DNA of 64,000 nucleotides from a virus (Duplodnaviria; Caudoviricetes): IMG/VR virus record IMGVR_UViG_3300027205_000173, positions 32,001 to 96,000 of that record; one strand, 5' to 3'. Shown piece by piece: positions 1 to 7,535 of this stretch (position 1 is its first letter; each line of letters starts with the position of its first letter). The notes under the pieces were generated by a model. It saw only the letters and a program-made list of their open reading frames with translations, ran no database searches and was not told where the DNA came from. The position numbers and the translations under genes were made by a program.

Positions 1-3000
1 CGTCCTGCTCGTCGGGCAAGAACAGAACCCATCCCTGCAGGTCCGCCAACACTAAACGCCGCAGCCATCTCCCCAAGAAGTTGAACGGCCTCCGCCCTAT
101 CCTCGTCAACACCAAGTTTTTCTAATGCCTTACGTGATCTGTCGGATGAAATGATTCTTCCGGCAACACCAGCCTTGGCGCGTGTATTTGATCCAACATT
201 AGAACGAGAACGTAATCCACCCCATCTTTCATATCCACCCACAACATCATTGACCTCAGACGCAATTGGCCCAGTCTTGGTACCATCAAGCAAATCTTGG
301 ATCATGTCTTCGGGCATTCCAGACGAGGCACCAAGGTCTCTGATCTCATCACGCAATGCATTGATTCTGTCTGTAATTCCTTGTGGTTCTCTTACGCCAG
401 CATAAACATCATCAATGATGTCGCGCATTACGTTGTCAATATCTTCGACATTGTAGTAATCACGTGATCGTGGAAGATTTTCGGTATTTGAATTCCTGTA
501 TTCGCGTGGCTCTACTGCTTTTGGTTTAGGCGTCCGCTTAGTAGTTGATTTAGCCGGTCTCGTTGCAGTGCGTGATCGCATGCCTCCTTCGTCATTAGTA
601 GGAGGTCTGGCATCTAGGAAAGTTTCTTTTTCACTTTCAAATGCCGCAACTGCTTTTTCAAATTTAATTTTAGTTTCATTCTCTTTGGATCGTCGTTTGG
701 ACTTGTCTAATACGTCCGTAGGCCAGTTATTTTCTATGGCACCGTCAATAATTCCTTGCATTACTTTTGCTGTTGCTTCGGCATCTGCGTCTGCGTTATG
801 GTGTTTGTCTCCAAGGTCGACACCAAGATATTTTGTGATATCTCCAAGTGAGTTTGAAGGCGACTTAGTGCCATCTTTGTTAACTTTGAATGGGGCATCT
901 TGATTTGTTTCAGACCATTTTGGAAGAACCATGTCGGAAATTTCTTTAGTATCGATGATTCCCTTGGGTCTCCAATCAATGCCAGAATCTTTCAATGCGT
1001 CTTCTAGGACTTCATTATCAAACACGGCGTTTTGCATTCCCATCAATTCTGTATCACCCATGAATTCAACTAATTGTTTATGGGCATCTGCTATTGAAGG
1101 TTTGTCCGCCAGGTATGCATCTGTTATTGGGTTGCCGTCGCCGTCCTTGAGGTTGTCTCGTGACCATTTTTCCCATTCCGACATTGGCGTGCCAGGGTTG
1201 ACAAACACGTTAAAACGCGCAATGACTTTGCCATTTTTCATTTTTACAGCACCTATTTGAGTAGGTAGTCCATTTCCTGCTGATTCGTTAAATTCATTGA
1301 ATTTGAGACCAGTTGTTTCGTAGTCGATGAAAACAATTTCTTTATCTGCAAGCACGCGTTTAAAATCTTCCCAATTTGTTATTCCATCAAATTCTGAATC
1401 TGCAGAACCGATGAACGCACCCATTGTTGGCTTGCGAGGATATTGCGGAGGTTTGGGTCCAGATTGTGAACGCATGCCAGTACCAGTAGAGGTACCACGT
1501 ATTTTACGGGTAGCCCTATCTAGTGCGGCCCACTGCTTATCACTTAAACGGCCACGGGAATTATATTGAGAAACGACACTTTTAGCAAAATCACCACTTA
1601 AACCACGAGCAGCCTCAATGATTGCCTTCTTGTCTTCATTAGAAAGTGAAGGCGCGATATCTTCAGCCTTATCTATTCCTTCTTTTGCAGATGGACCGGC
1701 TGATGTTTTTTTATTTTTAGAAACTATGCTACGTAGTAAATTCCATTGTTTTTCCGTAAGCCAGCCACGATTGTATGTTTTGTATTGTTCAACAAGGGAT
1801 GTAATAAGGTCATTTCCAGTAATGGACGAAGCATCGCTTATTAATTGATCTCCATCATCTGGTTTTAGTCCTGGTTGTTTAGGAGTACTTTTAGGGTATC
1901 TACTGGGATATTCTCGTGGTATTTGGTCTGGACGCCTACCGAGGGGGTCTGGCGCCGTATATCCCCGGTCTGGTCGGAAACCATCTTGCCTGGCATCGTA
2001 TGCCCTATCGCCATCTTCATCAGAAATCCAAATCCTGCTTTCGCCGTCGGTCCAGTATCGCCCGCCGCCTTCATTGTATCTAGAGCGCATCCCGCGATCT
2101 TCTACATCAACCCCCTTAGCAATGTTTCTTAAATCATCAGTTAAGGAATTAAAAATATCGTCAACTTCGTTGTCATCAATATTGTCCATACGTGAAGAAA
2201 TATTTGGAGTATTAACATTTGGTCTATTGATATTTTCAGTCTGCGTAGCACGTATGCGAGCCTGGGCATCAGGGGACTTCTTGATGGCCTTCAAGGTCTT
2301 CTTCAGGTTTGGTGCCATGTCATCAAGCATTCTTGCTGACAACATTTGCTCAACGGTCTGAAGGCCACGTGAACTTGGGTGCTCTCTAAAAGTTTCAGGA
2401 GACATGAGGTCTATCCCGTCAGGGTTAGTGAAAACTAAACGTCCGTCAAAATTGTTTTTGTTTCGAAAATCTTTTTCAAATTTCTTAGCAGCACGATGCT
2501 GTTTCAACCAACGAGCAGATTGAAGATCAACTTCGCCATCATTGACCATACGCAAATATTCATTAATTTCGCCATCGCCAAAACCATTAGTTTTTAATAA
2601 TTCTCGCCCATTATCGCCAATTAAAGAATTGATATCTAACTTTTCATTATTCATGTCAAGTTTATTTACTGGGTAACGTATCTCGGCAACGTCATCCAAA
2701 CTCACCCCACCAGCAACAAGTGCTTCGTACCTATTCCCTGGTCTGAGAGCACGTTCTGATCTACTTGCTGAAATATCGTCAGACAGAGAACCACTAAAGT
2801 TGTCATCAATAACATTTTGCAAGGCATTAGCAATATTGCGCATTCTGTCTGATTCCGAATTACCCGCAGTAATCGATTCATTAAGGTGTGCTAATCCAAC
2901 ATCGCCAGGTTCGTCAAACAAAACTGGTGTTGGATAGTTGTGTGAACGAATTGCTTCTCCGCGTGAATACGCAGAACGAGAAGCAACTTCTGGTTTTAAT

Positions 3001-6000
3001 ACTAAATCAATATCGTTCCCGCCAATTCGTACATCACCCATTGGCTGGATATCTCCACTTTCGTGAAAGAAATCAGGGTTTCTGCTAATCCCATCGCTTG
3101 GAATTGATTCAAGATGATCTGAAATAACATTTTTAGCATTACGGTGAACCATGTAACCATTGGATGATCGTAAATTATCAGAAACTGCCGCATCGTAACC
3201 TAAAAATAATTCATGTTCTGATTTGAGTTTGGAAATTGGACTATTCGGTTTAATTTCTTGAATTGTTTTTAAGCGACCGTCAGACATTAAGTTATTCAAT
3301 GTATTTTCATTCATCGGAATACGTATACGATCATCAAAACCTTTATGAAAATTAGAATAAGAATCATCAATCATTTTAAGAACTGATTCAGGAGATTGGT
3401 TATTCAGTAATGTTTTGATTCGTGGATCAAGATTATTGATAAAGTCAAATTCGCTCTCGTTAGAAGGAGAGACGTCGCCATTTATAATATTTCGCATACG
3501 CCCCAATGACGCAGAAATACGATTATTTCTTTGCTCTACATGAACTTCACGTGGAACAACTTTTCCCCATTGCGTAGAAAGTTGTGTTCCATCTGGATTC
3601 CTATAACGAGCGGAGTAATTATTATCAACATTAAATGGCACGCTATTCTGTCTGCGCATAATGCTAGAAATGGAATCGTTTTGTTCCCTCTGGTTTTTTT
3701 GAGTCAAGGGATCATTGCTGCTACCACGAGAACGTGAACGCATTCCTCGGCCACGCTCAGTATTTGCATAATTATCAATCTGCCTACTAATCTCAGATTT
3801 AATAATTGACGCCTCATTCTTGATGGACTCATCAACACCATCAGCAGATGAAACATTATCTATGTTGCCGTCCATGCGCTTAAGTGTTTCCAGGGGTGTT
3901 TCCTGTTTGTGAATTGTTGCCTCAATAATGCCATTTTCATCTACGCCAGTTATAACGAAATCACCTGGGGGCAAAAGAACCCCATCACTATCACCACTGA
4001 ATGAATCACCAACAACAGTTCCACGACTTCCCGCAGGAACACTCAGACGCACAACTCTGGTATTTTCGGGCATAGTTGGCTGAGCACCTTCCAAAGTCCC
4101 TTCACCTATTAGAATTCCTCGTGTTGGGGTTGGCTTTGTAACTATTTCACCACCATCAATCTCATAATCTTTTGGTAATGGGTAGGCAATCATGACCGAC
4201 ATATCTTCATCAAATTCATGAGAATCAATATGAAATAATAGTGGTGCTAAGGAATCCCTAATTTCTTCATCAAGCAAAGGAGATTGAGTGTCTGGGGTCG
4301 GTGCCCCAATTGTTTCTGCATTTTCTTTTGCCTTATTGCGTGCGTTGGCAGAAGTGGCAAGAACATTGCCTGTTTGTTGTTCGGCTAATGCTCTTGTCGA
4401 TGATCGCATATCCGGTGGCGTCGAGCCATCCAATAAAGCAACGGTTTCTGGTTCCGTTGTATCTAATATTTCTTGTCTTCTCTGACGTCCCCACTCCTTG
4501 GGATTGGACGCAGGGGTGATCGGAGTAGGTGTTGTTTCAATTGGCTCTTTGGGAACATTTACTCGTTCTATTGGTCCATCAAATTTTTCTTCAAAATCAA
4601 TTTTGGCTTTGACTTCTTCTGGGGTTCTATCGTAGCGTTCTGCAAGTTCATCAATTGTGTAGTCTGTATTAGTGTAATCGTCAATTAAAGCATCCGTTAA
4701 TTTTACTTCTGAATAATCGTTTGCAAACGGGTCCACTTGTCCATCCCATGCCGGAATGTCACGTTTTTTCTTAGGTTCTGGAAGTGATTCATCGGGAATG
4801 GAAGTTCCTTTTTCACTTGGTTCATTTCCAGTAGCAGATGCCGGCTTTGCATATTTTTCACGATATTTATCTAAACTTGGCTTATATTTTCTTGATTTTT
4901 TAAATTTTTCCCTGTCGTACTTGTCTCCCGGATCAAAGCCAGCGTCTTCTACGTCTTGTAAAAATTCTTGAGATTCTCCATAGTCCACTTTTGAAAGTTC
5001 TAATTTTGCTTGTCGCGTTTTTCCGTCATCATTTAGATCGGGTGACCAGTCGGCATAAATACCATTTGCAGGATCAAATTTGGGAATGCCATTTTCTCTT
5101 TCGGGGGACAACCAATCCGTAGGGGTGTCATCTGCCCCTGTATTGCCAATCATCTTATTGACATCATCCAAAGTAAACTTAGGATTTTCAGGATCACCAG
5201 CATTTAACTCATTCAATATTTGTTCAGGAGTATAATTTTCCTTTTTCATTTTCTTGACAAATTTAGTAACTTCGGGGGGGTATTCGGGTTTTCTTCGTAA
5301 ATCTCTTTTATCTGAAAAAATACTTTTCGGAACAAGTCTGGAAATATTTTCCGTAGGGGCATCATAAATAGGACGCGAAGCCAATTCAATACCGGGAGGC
5401 CTTCTCACCTCATCCATACCACCAATAGCCTTGTCGATATCTGGCCCAGAAATAACGCCCATCTGCCTCAACGCATACAACTCAGCACGAGCCTCCTGAA
5501 TCATCAAACCAACCTGGGCATTTTTTAACATCGGGGAGCCTTCACCCCCACTAAGGTGCATTCGCTGCCATTTTCCTAATTCATCTTGATAATACTGTCC
5601 AGCAAGAAGGTGAAGCATTGAATCCTCTAACCAGTCAACGGTAACTGGCGGATAATTCATCCCTTCAAAAGTTCCTCTCATGACAGTATTCAATGCATCG
5701 TACCAATCATTATTGGACCATGTTCGCCAATCACCAGTAAGGACATTGAGTGCGCCGTCATTAGTAACAACAAGTTGACCATGCTTGTTCACATAATCGA
5801 TAATCGCATTTTGTGCTTCGGCATATTGTAAAACATGCCCAAACTCATGAAACATAACGTGCATTGCCCTGGCTTTTGCGGGAGACATGCCAGCCACTGC
5901 GGATGCACGGGCAGATGACTGCTCGTTCGCATAACCAACACCATGAATAAAATGATCAACTTCATTGGACTGGGCGATAATGTCACGTATTTGTTTTAAT

Positions 6001-7511
6001 TTTTCAATATCATTTAAAGGTGTGCCTTGGGCATCCACGGGCTTGAGATCAATTTCAAACCTACCTTCTCCTTCCAGTTTTCTCAAATCAATCAAAGGCT
6101 TAAATACAAGCGCCCAGGTATTGAAATTTATTTGAGTGCCAAGTCTACCAGGGTTTAGTTCATCAGTAATAGGATTAGTGATGCCCTCATAACTCATCCA
6201 TTCATTTAGGCCAACTCTTCCATTCCAAGCATCAAAACCAATTTCGCGCAAAGTTTGAAACATTTGAGGATTATCATTAAAAGACACCAAAGCACCATGG
6301 ATGATGCCTTCTTGAACTTCCCTAAATCGATCAATCATCATGTCAACGATTTTTTGCGCTTCATCGTACTGATCGGGATAAATGGGCTTCTTTGTTGACG
6401 GGTCAATCAATAACGCTTTTTTAACTTCCTCTGGAACCAACTTGTAAGCCGTCTCACGTAATGTCTCCCAGTAATCTTTCATATTTTCATCAACACTCTT
6501 AGAGTCATCCCATTTGAAACCAATGGCATCATGCAAAAATCTTCTAAACTCAGGACCATCATGATTTTTGAACAATTCATCCATGGCAGTAAAGAGATGA
6601 ACATTGTTTTTTAACTGCTCTGGCGTAAACTGAGATAAATCAATCCCCAAAGTTTCATAAGCATCCTGAATGGATTGTTCATTACGAGCAAGCCATTCAG
6701 CATTCTGTTCAAGGCTCGTATAATTTTCTTTAGCCTTACCAAGTCTTTCTTTGGCAGTTCGAGCAGAGCGAATCGCTGCTACATCTTCGTTCCACTCTTT
6801 CCAAAAACCACGGATGCGACGAATCTCTTTTTGAACAGCACCAACACCAATATTGAAACAGTTAGACATATCGACATCGGTGAATTGGTTGGCGTTAGGA
6901 GTGCCGGGAGGGCAACGCATGTGTCCGTTGGCATCAATAATAATACCCTTAGAAATAGCCTTACGTAATTTGATTGCTTGTCCAGGCATCATGTCATTTA
7001 TGGTGGGACCCAACTGCTTTACCGCAATTTCGTTAGTTTCACCAGTCTCGTTACCATCTTTATCAACAGTAAATTGGCGAACAATAACCTGAGGGCGTTT
7101 ACTAATGAAGTCAGCAGCCTCCTCGGACAACTGGAGACGATCCTCGTCAGACAATTCGGGCTCAGGATCAACCCAGCCCCAGTTATGATCATCACCAGGA
7201 GTCGTTGCTTCTTTATAGGTGGTATGGAGTTTTAATACTTGCCCAGGTTGACGGCGAGCCAAGGGATCGAAACGAAACTCAGCCATAGTCGGCTGATCGT
7301 CATCACCAGTCATTTCTCTGTCCCCACCAGAACCAGCAGCAATCATTCCCTCAGCCAGAACTTTGACTGCAATATCTGCGTCAAGATATGGTTGATTTAA
7401 TGAAAACTTCTGTCGTTCACGAAAGTACATAGCCTTTCCGTCATAATTACGGATAGGCACGTCTAGACGTGGCGATAGTTTATTCCGCTGAGGGATACCT
7501 CTACCCGTCAT
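1..7511 (-). CDS. Giant multidomain (polyvalent) head-associated protein, >=2503 aa, runs off the left edge: zincin metallopeptidase, degenerate ADP-ribosyltransferase-like, DUF3626-like and DEDDh exonuclease domains, with G[ML]RS linkers
   Basis: Manual translation from ATG at 7511 (GGAG ~7 nt upstream; begins MTGRGIPQRNK) is open to position 3 with no stop. Motifs: HEFGH (5835-5849) plus EARAE (~5481-5495); VVRLSVPAGSRG...VLLPPGDFVI (~3950-4055); DGRLKT..E / LKPEVASRS / YEALVAGGVSLDDV (~2690-3285); IDYETTG / QNAVFD / HNADAD (~783-1328). Confidence 0.9.
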   Translation of the reverse strand, partial: MTGRGIPQRNKLSPRLDVPIRNYDGKAMYFRERQKFSLNQPYLDADIAVKVLAEGMIAAGSGGDREMTGDDDQPTMAEFRFDPLARRQPGQVLKLHTTYKEATTPGDDHNWGWVDPEPELSDEDRLQLSEEAADFISKRPQVIVRQFTVDKDGNETGETNEIAVKQLGPTINDMMPGQAIKLRKAISKGIIIDANGHMRCPPGTPNANQFTDVDMSNCFNIGVGAVQKEIRRIRGFWKEWNEDVAAIRSARTAKERLGKAKENYTSLEQNAEWLARNEQSIQDAYETLGIDLSQFTPEQLKNNVHLFTAMDELFKNHDGPEFRRFLHDAIGFKWDDSKSVDENMKDYWETLRETAYKLVPEEVKKALLIDPSTKKPIYPDQYDEAQKIVDMMIDRFREVQEGIIHGALVSFNDNPQMFQTLREIGFDAWNGRVGLNEWMSYEGITNPITDELNPGRLGTQINFNTWALVFKPLIDLRKLEGEGRFEIDLKPVDAQGTPLNDIEKLKQIRDIIAQSNEVDHFIHGVGYANEQSSARASAVAGMSPAKARAMHVMFHEFGHVLQYAEAQNAIIDYVNKHGQLVVTNDGALNVLTGDWRTWSNNDWYDALNTVMRGTFEGMNYPPVTVDWLEDSMLHLLAGQYYQDELGKWQRMHLSGGEGSPMLKNAQVGLMIQEARAELYALRQMGVISGPDIDKAIGGMDEVRRPPGIELASRPIYDAPTENISRLVPKSIFSDKRDLRRKPEYPPEVTKFVKKMKKENYTPEQILNELNAGDPENPKFTLDDVNKMIGNTGADDTPTDWLSPERENGIPKFDPANGIYADWSPDLNDDGKTRQAKLELSKVDYGESQEFLQDVEDAGFDPGDKYDREKFKKSRKYKPSLDKYREKYAKPASATGNEPSEKGTSIPDESLPEPKKKRDIPAWDGQVDPFANDYSEVKLTDALIDDYTNTDYTIDELAERYDRTPEEVKAKIDFEEKFDGPIERVNVPKEPIETTPTPITPASNPKEWGRQRRQEILDTTEPETVALLDGSTPPDMRSSTRALAEQQTGNVLATSANARNKAKENAETIGAPTPDTQSPLLDEEIRDSLAPLLFHIDSHEFDEDMSVMIAYPLPKDYEIDGGEIVTKPTPTRGILIGEGTLEGAQPTMPENTRVVRLSVPAGSRGTVVGDSFSGDSDGVLLPPGDFVITGVDENGIIEATIHKQETPLETLKRMDGNIDNVSSADGVDESIKNEASIIKSEISRQIDNYANTERGRGMRSRSRGSSNDPLTQKNQREQNDSISSIMRRQNSVPFNVDNNYSARYRNPDGTQLSTQWGKVVPREVHVEQRNNRISASLGRMRNIINGDVSPSNESEFDFINNLDPRIKTLLNNQSPESVLKMIDDSYSNFHKGFDDRIRIPMNENTLNNLMSDGRLKTIQEIKPNSPISKLKSEHELFLGYDAAVSDNLRSSNGYMVHRNAKNVISDHLESIPSDGISRNPDFFHESGDIQPMGDVRIGGNDIDLVLKPEVASRSAYSRGEAIRSHNYPTPVLFDEPGDVGLAHLNESITAGNSESDRMRNIANALQNVIDDNFSGSLSDDISASRSERALRPGNRYEALVAGGVSLDDVAEIRYPVNKLDMNNEKLDINSLIGDNGRELLKTNGFGDGEINEYLRMVNDGEVDLQSARWLKQHRAAKKFEKDFRNKNNFDGRLVFTNPDGIDLMSPETFREHPSSRGLQTVEQMLSARMLDDMAPNLKKTLKAIKKSPDAQARIRATQTENINRPNVNTPNISSRMDNIDDNEVDDIFNSLTDDLRNIAKGVDVEDRGMRSRYNEGGGRYWTDGESRIWISDEDGDRAYDARQDGFRPDRGYTAPDPLGRRPDQIPREYPSRYPKSTPKQPGLKPDDGDQLISDASSITGNDLITSLVEQYKTYNRGWLTEKQWNLLRSIVSKNKKTSAGPSAKEGIDKAEDIAPSLSNEDKKAIIEAARGLSGDFAKSVVSQYNSRGRLSDKQWAALDRATRKIRGTSTGTGMRSQSGPKPPQYPRKPTMGAFIGSADSEFDGITNWEDFKRVLADKEIVFIDYETTGLKFNEFNESAGNGLPTQIGAVKMKNGKVIARFNVFVNPGTPMSEWEKWSRDNLKDGDGNPITDAYLADKPSIADAHKQLVEFMGDTELMGMQNAVFDNEVLEDALKDSGIDWRPKGIIDTKEISDMVLPKWSETNQDAPFKVNKDGTKSPSNSLGDITKYLGVDLGDKHHNADADAEATAKVMQGIIDGAIENNWPTDVLDKSKRRSKENETKIKFEKAVAAFESEKETFLDARPPTNDEGGMRSRTATRPAKSTTKRTPKPKAVEPREYRNSNTENLPRSRDYYNVEDIDNVMRDIIDDVYAGVREPQGITDRINALRDEIRDLGASSGMPEDMIQDLLDGTKTGPIASEVNDVVGGYERWGGLRSRSNVGSNTRAKAGVAGRIISSDRSRKALEKLGVDEDRAEAVQLLGEMAAAFSVGGPAGMGSVLARRAG

Positions 7512-7535
7512 CCCGGGCTCCAATCCCTGTTGTAG

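Noticed and set aside
5274-5280. G7 tract as a phase-variation or frameshift site
   Set aside because: It encodes Pro-Pro in an uninterrupted frame, and there is no alternative-frame product to support it.
151-7235. Many short ORFs (mostly + strand) listed in the track
   Set aside because: They are shadows of the single open minus-strand giant ORF and lack RBS or domain signals. The same applies to antisense ORFs over 7.5-22.8 kb and over the tail genes (e.g. 8398-9213, 55290-55823, 60004-60708).
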